64,000 nucleotides of DNA from Botryllus schlosseri. Taxonomy: Eukaryota. The position numbers and the translations under genes are program-made. The notes under the pieces were generated by a model. That model was not told the origin of the DNA. It searched no databases and saw only the letters and a program-made list of their open reading frames with translations. Positions 51,542-64,000 of this stretch are shown here, one piece after another. Every line of letters begins with the position of its first letter. Position 1 is the first letter of the stretch. The stretch lies in contig CM119371.1 in assembly GCA_051294905.1 (NCBI GenBank), positions 7,504,001 to 7,568,000 of the forward strand, written 5' to 3'.

Positions 51542-54500
51542 CTAACTGACGCCTTTTGCACCATGCCTATTTTGATCAATAATACAACTATAAGTCTCTA
51601 TAACAAAGTCTAACAGTGATTGTAGCGTGTGAGGACTTTTCAATAGCGAACTAAGCGAAAGTGGAATATTGTGTCTATGTGCGGATTGAATTAGATGGAC
51701 CCTGGCTCGGTCGTAGCGATTGCATGAAATAACAAAGTGGTCAAGCGTCTCTAGTTGATTACACGTGTCGCAAAGTCCCGTTTCATGAAGTCCAAGTTCA
51801 TACAGATGAGCGTTTAGTCGACAATGCCCCGTTTGCATCCTAATGAGAATGGACGATTCTCTACGGGAGAGCCGCGGCATGTTCGTATGATCATTGATGC
51901 TTGAAAAAATTCGTCGATATTGCGACTCAATGTCGATTTGAGTCTAGTGATAATCCCATTTGGTTTTGCAGAATTCGTGGATCAGAGTTCTGGCTTCGTT
52001 CGTAGATATGTCCTGTTTTTCTATGTTGTTTGGTAGATCGTTCGCTGCGTCTCGCGCCAGTTGATCAGCTCTCTCGTTGAAACCAACATTCTTGTGTCCA
52101 GGTATCCATACCATCGAAACTGATTTCTTATTGAAGGCCAAGGCGTTGTTGCGTTCTTGTATGTCTATGACGATGTTATCAGTTGTAGTGGTCGTGTTAA
52201 TTGCTGTCAGAGCGCTTTTGCTGTCTGAAAAAATTGTGATGTTAGAATTTGGAAAGCAATTTACCGTAACCCAGTCCAACGCTGCTCTTATTGCAATAAG
52301 CTCTGCTGAAAATATCGACAATACGCCCATTAGTTTCTGGTTCCAGGAGTGATTTTCCTCGTCCACGTAGAAGGCTGCTCCACATTGCTTATCGTTCTTT
52401 GACCCGTCTGTATAGATTTTTATAGAGTCAGCGTAGTGATCGTCAATATACTGTTCGCACTCCCGTTTGACGATTTCGGGATGTACAATATTTCTAATCA
52501 ATGATTCGATTTTCAAGTCAATCGAGTAGGGGAGATGTGGTACCGATGGATCAAAAATTGGAAAATGATCGCTGGCTCCGAAATGTTGAGCCGAAAACAG
52601 CAGATCTTTTGCTGGCTCAGCACTTTGATACAAGCTCTACCTATCGCGCACATATACATGAATATCCGTCTTTTCAAAAAATATTTATGGACGTTCAAAA
52701 TTTGTTGCTCGAACGTGTCATCGGTCCCCACCCGGTGGGTCCAATGACACACGACCCGGGGACCTATGACACATATACCCTAAAAAAGTCAAATGTGACT
52801 ACTTTTCTTGCTCAGTATTATAATATAAGCTGCAGCAAACCAAAGAAGAATGTTTGGTCGCAACTGTCAAAAAATAGAATAAATATTAACTCAAATGTTG
52901 TCATAAAATCACGTTTCGATTTAGGCTCGAACTTATAAATTTGTGTGTACATACATATTGCCCGAAAATCGACAGTGTGACTTCCAAATACCTCGTTATA
53001 GCGATAAAACATCATATGCAATTATTACATTAAGATTTTCTGTACGTAGGCATGTTTCATTTATTTCATGATTAGTATGCTTGATTATTTTGCTTGATTT
53101 GGCTATTGTATCATCGGTCCCCACCCTACGAATTTTATACATGAATCGAAAAAAAGTCCACTCAAGGAAAGTACTGAAAAAAATAATAGGTGCCATTACA
53201 TAGCCTGATACAAACCCTACACTTCACAATAAAAATGATTGCTGGTTTGTTCGTGTTGAAGGTTACAAAGAAAAATGTATATGTCGATCTAAATTTAGTT
53301 TAGACCCCCAAAAACAAAAATCAGCTGTGAGAGACCCCATAGCTCGCACACGTCGAATTTTTTTGTATGTGAGGAAAGATTTTGCCAGCATGCAATTGTA
53401 GACAAGATCACGGAGTGTAATCATGGAATTATCATAGAGAATTTTCAAAGTATTTTCGGTCCCAGTGATCCATCGGTACCACATCTCCCCTACTTCATTG
53501 CTTTCCATGGTGGCGTTGGCAGGAGATTTCGTTTCGCTATACCGAAATTCTGAAACATAGGAGCACGTTTCGTCAGCATGTTAAATCTAATAAAATGTTC
53601 CGAGTCAGGAAAGATTTCATGCCATGATTCCTGTGTAATTGATTGACATGGATCGGAATCGTGAGCTAGAATGACCGACCTATATGTTAAGCATGCCTGG
53701 AGATGTCTAAGGTGCATGGGCATTTCTCTGCACGAATGTTGCAGTGCGTATATCGGGGTACTTTTCATTGCTCCGCAACATATTCGGAGCGCGGTATTCT
53801 GGATAGTGGCGATTGGTCTTCTGACATACTTCGGGGAGAACATGAACGCTTCCATGCAGTATTCGATGACCGACCTTATCAACACCCTATACAGAATCAG
53901 GAGACAAGATTTGGAAGCACCCCAATTAGTTCCTGACAGGCAGTGCAGCACATTCAATCGCATTGTGCATTTCTTGACCACAGCTTTGGATTGATGTGCG
54001 TAGCTCAGCCGAGAGTCAAAAGTGACTCCTAGGTATTTGTACTGCTTGACAAATCTAATATAGGAGTGGTTGAGCGTTAGTTTGACAGCAGGTATTTTCC
54101 TTTTCCTCGAAAAAATTATTGCCTCGGTCTTATTAGTATTTAGACTGAGTCCCCATTTCTTGCACCATGATTCTATTACGGTTAATGACTCTTGGATCGC
54201 GGTTCTTATTTTATCAAAACTGAGGCCAGATTCCCAGATGCAGACATCATCTGCAAATACGTTTATATTAGTTTTAATCATTTCGGGGAGATCGTTCATC
54301 ATTACGGTATACAGTAATGGACTTAAAACGCTTCCTTGAGGGATGCCGTTTTCAACTTTATGACTGTCCGACACCTTATTTCCTACTCTGACCTGAAATG
54401 TGCGGTTGTGTAAGAAGCTGTGAAGCCATCGCAAAAGTTTTCCGGATAAGCCCATTTTTTGCAGTTTGATTATCATTCCCGTCCCTCCAAACACGATCAT

Positions 54501-56256
54501 AGGCCTTTTCGATGTCCAGGAATATACAGATTGCGGATCTTTGATTTCCCAAGGCCTTGTAGAGATCATCATGTAACGCCATCACACTATCTTTAGTTGA
54601 CCTGCCATTGCGAAATGCGCTTTGAGATGGGTGGAGGAGTTTTCGGTTTTCAAGCCACCAATATAGCCTTTTGCAGATTAGCCGTTCCATTATTTTGCAC
54701 ATATTGCTGGTGAGAGCGATCGGTCTGTAACTCTTTATTGAATTTTGAATTTGACCGTTTTTCGGGATAGGTACGATGATGGAGTGACGCCATGCAGATG
54801 GGCACTGAGCTGTCTTCCACACCTCGTTAATGGATCGTAATAGAAGGTTTAGACAGGAGGGTGGTAAATTCATTATCATTTGATAGCATATTCGGTCGTG
54901 GCCTGGAGCTGTATTCTTACGAGGCTTTAATGTTTGTATAAGTTCCGAAACACTGAATTCGATGTTTATTCCCGTGGTGTCATCTTGCATTTCGCATAAG
55001 CGTTGGTGCATTGCTTGCTTCATAGCATCGCGTCTATGTCGGAATTCTGGTTGAAGGCTATCATCACTACTGACACTCGCAAAGTAGGATGCCAGTGCAT
55101 TTGCTTTATCCTGCTCTGTTGTGTTACACTTGATCGCCGACTTTAAGGGAAGTAATACGACTCCAGGTGCGACTTCCGCTCATGGATTTGACTACGTGCC
55201 AAACACGCGCCAAGTTTGAATTTTCAGTGAGGGTGCTGCAAAAGGTTTCCCAGTATTGCTTTTTGGCGGCGAGAATAGTTTTCTTTGCTTGTGCGCGTCG
55301 ACGCTTGAAGTTGATAACGTCCTCCGTGTTGAAGGTCAGCTTCATCTTTTTGAAGGCCGCACGTTTGAGGCGAAGGGATTTCGAACACTCTTTATTCCAC
55401 CATGGAACGGAGCTTTTGGAGACCGGTCTAGATTCAGGAATGCTTTTCACTGCGGCGTCTATAATGATAGTTGATATGTCCTCCATTTTTAGAGGTGCAT
55501 CGCAGGCGACGGAGAATCGCTCACTACAGAGGCTTTTGAATTTATCCCAATCCGCGCGATGAAATGACCAACTCTTCGTGTATATGTCTGGGAAGTATCA
55601 ACCGTTACGCTGAGTTCTGTGAGCACGACGTAATGATCGCTTCCCAACAGATAATCAGTAACGTCTGTTGAGACGTTATGGGCCAGGTCTTTGGTGCATA
55701 TTGTCAGGTCTAATAATGAACTATTGTCGGGAGATTGGGATGAAATGTCAATCCTGGTCGGGATAGTGGTGTTTATTACCACAAAATCCTTGGTATCAAT
55801 AACATGGTAAAGATGTCTACCGCAACTGTTTATTCGGTCGCTCTTCCACGAGGGATGATGGGCGTTAAAGTCTCCGACTATAATGCACTTTGTGGTGAAG
55901 GGGCGAAAACATCGTTCGAGGAGCATGCGCGATAGATTGCGATTTGGAGGGATATAAACATTCAAAACAGTAATCTGGTCAAGTTTGATGGCTTGAATCT
56001 CTATTGGGTGTACACTTTCTATATCTAATTGAACGAATGATGGATTCGATTTGACAAAGAAGCAGATGCCACCGCCATGGATGTCACGGTCTCTCCTAAC
56101 GAGGGTATAGTCTTTGATTTTAGGAGTGTACTTATTAACCAAATGAGTTTCCTGCAGTGCGAGTACATCAGGTTTTGTATCAACTCTTTCTATGAAATAT
56201 TTTAATTCCGGGATTTTTCTATAAATGCTCCTACAATTCCATTGTAGTATTTTTAA
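51542..56256 (-). pseudogene. LINE ORF2: AP endonuclease, reverse transcriptase, RNase H, C-terminal zinc finger
   Basis: LKILQWNC, LQETH, VGDFNAHH, GSDH; YRPIALTS, PQGSVLSP, FADD; YTDGSK, SAELIAI, WIPGH, NERADQLA; CDTCNQLETLDHFVISC. Frameshifts at ~55560 and ~54480, stops at 55124 and 51944, and one transposon insertion. Confidence 0.92.
52529..53490. mobile_element. Non-autonomous TA-TSD DNA transposon (Tc1/mariner-like) inside LINE ORF2
   Basis: Perfect 25-bp TIR GGGGAGATGTGGTACCGATGGATCA, TSD TA. Confidence 0.88.
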
Positions 56257-56327
56257 TTTACCTTTGAAGGCGAAGCTTGTGTGAGGTCCATTGCAATAGA
56301 AGACTCGTCGGTAGTTTGTGGTGAATT

Positions 56328-57560
56328 TTATCCGCCGTACGTCCTGTGTCGGCCGACGCTTGAGGCTTCTTCTCGATAGGCGGTATTTAGTTGCAATCCG
56401 GGAAATCCTATTCCAAGTTCCTTCTGTGCGGTCTCCGATATGACCTTTTCAATGTCAATTTCCTGTCCTTCGGTGATCGATTTTATTGTACTTTTCAATA
56501 CGCCTGCGATAAAGCTGAACAGCGCCGATGTTGATAAGGTTATGCTATCATTCGATGGCAATAATGGATGGTTTGTGGAGATGACGTGTCGACTGATTGG
56601 AGCTGATCTTACAGCGACGTTACGATGCTGCTGGTGAAGTACCAGGTTTGAGGTTTGGTCACTGCTGTCTTTTTGCATTGGTGGGAATTCGTTCTGAGAT
56701 AAAACATTTGGGATTTGTCTCTGTTCTCGTTCGATTCCTCTGGCAGTCCAGTAGTTGACATCGGAGTTCACCATAATAGCGTGGATTCGAGTTTCCTGTC
56801 GATACCTATCACAACCCGCGTAGCCAGCTGAATGTGGTTTGCCACAGTTAACACAATTGGCTTGGTTCGTGCAGTTCTTGTATTCATGATTATTACCGCA
56901 TTTAGTGCACCGTGCTGAGCTACGGCAATGCTTTGCCTTATAGCCGAATCGACTGCAATTGTAACAGCGCAAGGGTGGTGGGTTGCATATCCTGGTCTTG
57001 AACCGCAAAAAACCTATATGTACGACAGTGGGAAGCATGTTCGCTGAGAAACATAGAAGAACCGACCTGCTTGGAATAACGCCTTCCTTTGACCGGTATG
57101 GCAACCTTTTGACATATGTAACGTTGTCATTCGATAGTGCTTGTCGTATTTCTTCTTCACTAAGATCCATTGGAACGTCGGAGATGACTCCGCACGTTTC
57201 CGGTGGTTTGGTTTTGTAAAGCTCCACTTTGACCTCAATCTTATTTTCGTTTGTCCCCAGATCATAACATGATAATAGTTTGGCCACCTGTCCGCTGTTT
57301 GCACATTTTACGCAGAGATCTCCTGATGGAAGAACACGTATCTCGGTGTAGGAACCTCCAAATATCTTGATCAAATTCCTGTTGATGACTAAAGGATCTT
57401 GACGACGGATTGGCTTCTTGATACCCGTTATAACTACAGAATGCTCATTGAATCGACTTAATCCATTAAAAGCTGACTCCTTTGGCGCAGGTTCATCAGT
57501 AGAATTTTCGGCGGGCGTTTTACCACCCCTCTTCCTTGTGACATTTATAACACGCTTTCA
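56328..57560 (-). pseudogene. LINE ORF1, gag-like nucleic-acid-binding protein
   Basis: Three zinc knuckles (CYNCSRFGYKAKHC with H>Y, CTKCGNNHEYKNC, CVNCGKPHSAGYAGC). The frame is open upstream of 57374 to a TGA near 57560; the original start is not identifiable. Confidence 0.88.
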
Positions 57561-58580
57561 CAAGTCACCTTATACCGTAGTCGCGTGTTTCCGAATGGTA
57601 AATCCTCCTTACTAATTGAAGCAGAGTCCGTACGATGCTCGTTCAGCTGACAGAAGTCGCCGATCGAAAGCTCCTACTCAACTAATTACCCGCTCGAAGA
57701 AGCACGTCCGTTCGCTACGGCGTTTTTGTGATCAGCTGTTAGTCGACATCGAAAATGAAATAGTCATCGGATTTGACAGGGGATTGCAAGCAACTGGTTT
57801 GAAGGCCACAATGTCACAGTAAAATCAACAGTGAAGTTCTTGAGTGAATATTTGAATGCAAACCGATAATATTAGTAAGCTGTTTCATGCGAACATCGAG
57901 ATATACCATTGAAAATATCATCACCGCAGGACCGTAACTGCCGCACGCCAAAACCCCCGATTGAGTGGGGGGGGGGAGCTCGAAGAGGGCCCAAAATTAT
58001 TTCGTGAATTAGCATAAATTATAGAGTATTTCTTGAGAATCCATGCAACTTTTAAAAAAGTTTTTCGCGTTACGCGCGATTTCAAGTTGCAAAATGTCTT
58101 TAATTTTGTTGAGTACTCTTCCGCCAAGAAAAAAATACGCAAGATTTATAGATATGGGCATGCCGGCTTTGGCCATTACCGCGCCACGATTTACCAAGAC
58201 ATATAAAGTTTTAGGCCATGTAATATGTGACTCCAAGAAGTGGGTCAGGACGATCGGCAGCGGGAAAACCTTGGCCGAAAACGACCGCCCCTATGTTGAC
58301 CGAAAACTTCGTAAAATATATGCAAAATACAAATAGGTTTAATTGTCCATAGGCGCCTAAATGACTGGCGCCGAATATTCCTGCCTTGGTAATCTGAACC
58401 TCGCAAGACAAATTCCATCCCGCACAGAAAAATTATATGCCAGTGAAGAAATACCAATTTGAAATCGTGTGCGTCATTTACTTTAGTAGCCTACGTTTGG
58501 GCGATTCTATATATATTGATATAGCAGACAGGAGGTCACTAAATAACATCATGTTACGGAGTCATATCAAAGAGCCCTAC

Positions 58581-60344
58581 TATAGAAATTAAACATGGAA
58601 CGGCAACGACAGATTTTTCAGCTTCGTTCCGCTTCGCTGAGGCTGGAGTGGAGAATTGTTTTGCGTAAGCGACTGTAGGACTTCTGGCAATCCAAAAGCC
58701 ATCTTCCCGAGCGCAGATATTATTGATTCTGGTCTTGATCGAAAGCTACCTTCGCACCAATTCCGAAAATATAAATTAAAATAATGATAAGGCACTGATC
58801 CACCTAGAATCCGTCCCCCAAATATAAAATATCGGCATTGTTCGAACAATGGGATCGTCGCAACGGGTCATTCTTATGGCCATTGTGTTGCGGTTACCCG
58901 ATTGTTCTGAACAATGCCGATATTTCAGACTTGGAGGACAGATTCTAGGTCAGTGGTTCTCAACCTTTTTCGCGTCGCGGACCCCTTTTGACCGCCACGG
59001 ACCCTCGCGGACCCCCTCAAGTTTTAGTTCAATTTTAGCTCTTTTATGGTGCAACCTTCATCTGTCTTGTGTAAATATGAGCTGTAGGCTTGTGGTAAAC
59101 AGAAAAATATTGCTTTTTCTTGAAAATAATATTATACTATTTATGTATAAATTGGTAAACTTTCATTACTTCAAAGCTAATTATGCTGCTGTGTTTCTTG
59201 AAGTACGTGGTCGTGTCTTGAAAATCCGGGTCTTCGTTTTGGTATGAACGAGGAGTGCCGAAAACCATTTCCGCAAAGATAGATGGAGGCTAATGCAATA
59301 TTAACGCATAACGCTTCCGACGACACTTTTAGTGTGATCGCAACATTTATGGCACCAAAATGAAGAAACATATATTTTATGAACATATCACCCCCAGCCT
59401 CTAGCGCAGAGATGGGTAACATGCGCACCGCGGGCCGGATTCGGCCCGCATAGAGTTTCTACCGTCAAAGTGAAATCCTAATCTAAAAGTATGCATTAAG
59501 AATGCGCCCAATTTGATAGCCGAGCTTTAAGAGTAGGTATATCATTGTCCGATTTATGACGAGTGTCAACCGTAAATATTCGGGTTCATTTCAATATGAA
59601 TATGCTATTCAATTGTATATTGAAGTTCTGTACCTCCAAGAAGCTGTTCAAATAGTGGTTATGTATATCACATAGGATAAATGGATTTGGTGGCGAGGTT
59701 TCAATCCCTGCATTGAGACAAACCAGGGAAATACTTCGGAAATTTTTATTTCAAACGACTGTTCACTAATTTGCTGACAACTTCAAATCGAGAAGGTTTC
59801 GTAGACATTACGAAGTCACCCTGATTGACGTTACTATCTCCATATTTACATTTTAACCCCAAACCCCAACAAAACGTCTCTAAACAGCAATATGTTTGTA
59901 TCAGCAGGTTATTGGAAAATGGGCAATGAAAATGAATTTCCACACGACGATAGTTCATGTCAGACGATTATTATGATGATATGAGTCATGAGGTTTTAGC
60001 AGTTGTGGTGCGAAACTGCCTTATGCTTTCTCAAGTTAAAAAATAGAATAAAAATTAAGTTATCAACTATTACAAAAATTTGGAGGTCTCGCGGACCCCC
60101 GGTTGAGAACCGCTGTTCTAGATGGATCAGTCCCTGATCAATATGTTAATTTATATTTTCGAAATCGTTGCAACAGTAGCTTTCAATCAAGACCAGATTC
60201 AGTAATTTCTGCGCTCGAAAAGATGGCTTTTGAATTGCCAGAAATCCCACAGTCGTTCACGCAAAACAAATCTACACTCCAGCCTCAGCGAAGCGGAACG
60301 AAGCGGCAAAATCGGTCGTTGCCGTTCCATGTTTAATTTCTATA
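58581..60344. mobile_element. Foldback element B5 (591 bp) with nested hAT
   Basis: TATAG...CTATA, perfect 7-bp TSD GCCCTAC. Confidence 0.9.
58951..60115. mobile_element. hAT-Charlie-like MITE nested in B5
   Basis: CAGTGGTTCTCAACC ... GGTTGAGAACCGCTG, TSD TTCTAGGT/TTCTAGAT. Confidence 0.85.
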
Positions 60345-61675
60345 GCCCTACAGTTTTTAAGACACCTCATCCAACTCTACCGGTAAATCCGATTACGTGA
60401 GCAGAGAGGACATGAAATTGATAGCAATAGATATGCAATTCCCTATATTTTTGACCGATTTTATCATGATTTATCGAAAATTTTCGCGCTTCTCGCTGCC
60501 TCACTGCACAGTACGGCAGATTTCGTGGCAAAAGCGAAAAACGTCATTGGGTGTAGGCTTAATACCCTATGGTGGTCTAAGACCCAAGCTTTTTGGGGGG
60601 ACCTGACGAAGTGCTGTTTTCTTCCTGCGAACGGGTATACGCCCGAAGGTGTTTAATTATTATTGGGGAGTCCTACCTTTTCAAACCCCCCTCCCTTGTA
60701 AATCTGATTACGTGAGCAGTGAGGGGATAAAAATTGATAGCAATAGATATGCGATTCCCGATGATATTGACCAATTCAATCATGAATTATAGAAATTTTT
60801 CGCGCTTAGCGCGTGTAGGAGAGAAAATCAGCCACAGGCAAAGGCGCCCAATATTGATGACAAGTATCACGGTAAACAGCGGATAGCGTGAGGGGGGTCT
60901 GGGGGGTATGGGGAGCCCCCCGGAGGTTTGGTTCATCTTCATGTGGGGATCCCAAGACCAACGTTTTTTTGGCGGGGGGGGGGGGGGGGGGGGTCGAAGT
61001 GCTGTTACGGCCCAGCATCACCGATCCCGTTATGGAAGGCAGACTAAATTAGCACAGACCGACACCGGCTTTTGCGTGAAATACGCAATGATGTAGGTAA
61101 GTATCACATCTCACATCTCTACCATCCTCGAAAACGAAAAAACTGCCTCAATCATTGAGTGTCAACGTTGAGTGAGACTTGGCCCCGCGTTCGATAATAA
61201 AATCAAGAAATACCGTGCAAAAGCTCATAACAGATCTAGGTATGGAGCATCGTTAAAATAGATAGAGACTAATTGCGGCTTTTGAGTAAAATCTCCTTGC
61301 TGTACATGATGGTATATAAAAATCCCATTTTAGTTTATATTTTATTTATATTTTTTTAATATATAGATACTTATGATAGCAATCGTTTTCATAATAAAGA
61401 AGTTGATGTCGGAGTCAGGGTCCTTTTCACAAACTCCAACTTCAGCCACTATAGTTTTCATGCCTCTGACTCCAAGGAAGACTTGGACAACTAGAATTTT
61501 CTAGTTGTCGAATTTCACTGATGGATCAGCACGCATTGAGCTTCGGAAACGATATTGCTGCCCTAATCTTAGAGTAGCAAGCCTGAAACTTGGGTCAGTG
61601 GTAAATACCACCTTCACGACATAACATACTTAGTTTGGATAATTATCATGGTACGAAACACCGTCAAAACCGATA

Positions 61676-62085
61676 TACACTGTTAAAAATATTCTATGCC
61701 AAATTACTGGTCTGGTCCTGGCAGCAGTTTTACGACTCTGAGACCGGTAAATTTGAAAAATATTTTCCCGTAAATATTATTGACCGTAATTTATTTTTAC
61801 AAAGACTGACTGTTAAATTTTTTACGGAAAATTCCCGTTACCTGATGTTACGGAAAACGGCTGTAATACCAAGTTACTGGTCTGGTCCAGTGCAGCAGTT
61901 TTACGCTGATGAGACCAGTAAATTCGAAATAACTCTCCCCGTAATATGATTTTACATATGCAGACCGTAGGAAATTTTACGGAAAATTTCCGTAACTAAA
62001 GGTAACAGAAATCTGCTGTAATATCAATATACTCGTCTGGTCCCTTGCAGCAGTTTTACGTTCCTGAGACCAGTAAATTTGAATC
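61676..62085. repeat. Tandem ~160-170 bp repeat x3, probably the end of a CACTG-terminus DNA transposon
   Basis: TACTGGTCTGGTCC..GCAGCAGTTTTACG..TGAGACCAGTAAATT repeated three times after TACACTGTTAAAAA. Confidence 0.6.
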
Positions 62086-62386
62086 AGGTTTATTTGGTGC
62101 GGGAACACGTAAAAAAAAAGTAAGTGTGGATAATGACGAAAATCCAGTCTTTCTTGTGGAGATCATCAGTCAGCAACTGCCTGAATGAAGAGCGCTTCAT
62201 CAAAACTTCAGCAGCAGTTGAAGGACTGTACTTTGGGCCATGCTCTTTTGTAGGTTCTTCTATAATCTGAACAAAGATTATGCTGTCATCAACACAGTTA
62301 CAATTTGGAAACTTTGAGACGCTATAGTATGACATACTGCGACTTTTCATATTCTTGTCAATTTCTCGAATAATGATGGCCTAGGA

Positions 62387-63213
62387 TAGCGGCGTCGAAC
62401 ATAAGGCCAGCGGGCCGCATGCGGCCTACGAAGCAATTCTGAGTAGTTTGAAAAACCCCTGTATTACCCAGCACATTTTCTAACAAATGTTGAGATATTA
62501 TTGTAAGAAATACTTCCCGCAAGGCCACAAATGTCAAGATCATAGACCGTGATATAATTATCCGACAGTGGTGTTATAGTTTCACTCTAGTCATCATCGG
62601 GAACAAGTTGGTGATACTGACATCCAATTCCCAAAACTCTATAAAAAGTGCACACTGAGTTCATATTTTTATGAAGAAATGTGCCAAAAAGTAGTTATTC
62701 GTGAAGTGAAAAAAAAACTGGTCGCACTGCTGTATCACTTCTACTCAAAGGCCCCAGACAGACAGAGAAACCCGAATGACGATTAATAATGAGCCAAATT
62801 CTAACGTCTGCGTTTACAATTAAATCACTTGTGTTCCTCAAAGCGCATACGATGAGTTAACGGCAGATTACGAATAAAACAAAGGAAGCATACAAATATG
62901 TCAGCTTATTCCGTCGTTAGAGTGAGTGTTTTAGCGGTTGAATTCAAACGATCAATCTTTGAAATTGTTCCAAAATTCCGTTGTTTGCGAGTAAAGGCGC
63001 TGCTAGAATATATCCATATGATATGATCGTGAATGTTATGTAATATAGCAAAATGTATACAGGATTGATAATAAACTATTCAAGCGAAAAGTAAGGTCGG
63101 GTGTTTTGATGTACCGTAACATTTTCGAATGATTTGACTGATCCGGCCCGCGAACGGTTTTAAAGTTTGAATCCGGCCAGCGACGCAAGTTGAGTTTAAT
63201 ACGGATACCCCTG
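62387..63213. mobile_element. hAT-Charlie-like MITE
   Basis: Subterminal GCGGGCCGCATGCGGCC / CGGCCCGC motifs, perfect TSD GCCTAGGA. Confidence 0.8.
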
Positions 63214-64000
63214 GCCTAGGACTTCGTACCTGAATCATCTTTTCCAGCGTGATTGCAAACTTTTCTGGCAATATTCCTTTGCATCGCACGTCCAATGTAT
63301 TTCGCACGGCATCGTGCTAGAAGCGAGAGGCGAAATGATCCCTTTCTATCACATAAGCATTCGACGTCATGATTCATAATGCCATAACGCTTCCATTTTC
63401 GTGTAGTTCAACGTCAGAAAATGTAATAGATTCTTATAAGCCATAGCTTCTGTTCGCCATTAAACTGTAACGAAAATACATACGTCTTCAGAAACAGGAC
63501 TCTGAATAACTTACCAGATTTGAGCTCGGATACTGCTATACCTACAATGTTTGCTATCAACACCTGCAATATTCTAAAGCTAGAGTTAAGCTGTGGCTTC
63601 GAAACCCTCAATATCTTACAGCAACGCATCTTGTTATTATCCAATACGAAAACATCGCGTCGATATAATATCTATCTCGGAACATTCAGCCGCACGTGCT
63701 AAGGCTCAGATATGTCTGACGTCTGACGCCACTATGTCTGGAATATGTATGACGTCACAATGTACTGTTCGCTCGAGCAGCTTCGAATTCATGATCAAAC
63801 AATTCATAAGACCATTCGCGGGAAAAACGTGAAGGACGTATACTACTCTCGTCGCAATGGCAAAGGAGCATGGCGGCTATGCGCCAGCTCCAGTGTTTCG
63901 ATATATAGTTTGTATCATACATGCGTTAAGGAGTCTACAATGGTGGCAGAACTGGTCCAACAGATAATTACACAAAAGATCATACATGCAGTAAAACTAC

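Larger units (their letters stand above)
51508..57728 (-). mobile_element. Full-length I-group (I/Nimb-like) non-LTR retrotransposon, disabled
   Basis: TSD TGATCAGCTGTT (51496-51507, 57729-57740), (TACA)n 3' tail, gag-like ORF1 and APE-RT-RNase H-CCHC ORF2. Confidence 0.92.

Noticed and set aside
60950..61030. Poly-G tract and ORF with poly-Gly/poly-Pro
   Set aside because: A homopolymer in GC-rich MITE-like sequence, with no coding support.

Overview
AT-rich animal genomic DNA (spliceosomal introns, eukaryotic transposon superfamilies; possibly a marine invertebrate such as an ascidian, which is inference only). The only intact host genes are three intronless minus-strand BTB-BACK-Kelch paralogs (11.3-12.9, 25.1-26.8, 47.5-49.1 kb). 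They sit in a mosaic of local segmental duplications that also carries several decayed copies of an unidentified multi-exon gene. Differences between the Kelch paralogs cluster in the predicted substrate-binding loops. The rest is largely transposon-derived. It includes related ~600-bp foldback (YATAG...CTATR) elements with 7-8 bp target-site duplications (TSDs), four of them stacked at one ATGATAC site at 29.6-34.3 kb; an internally deleted ISL2EU element (THAP fragment plus a 5-exon SAP-SWIM-YqaJ exonuclease gene, AT TSD); a full-length but disabled I-group LINE with RNase H; and many hAT-type MITEs with 8-bp TSDs. No rRNA, tRNA or CRISPR array was recognised. All alignments and counts were done by eye.
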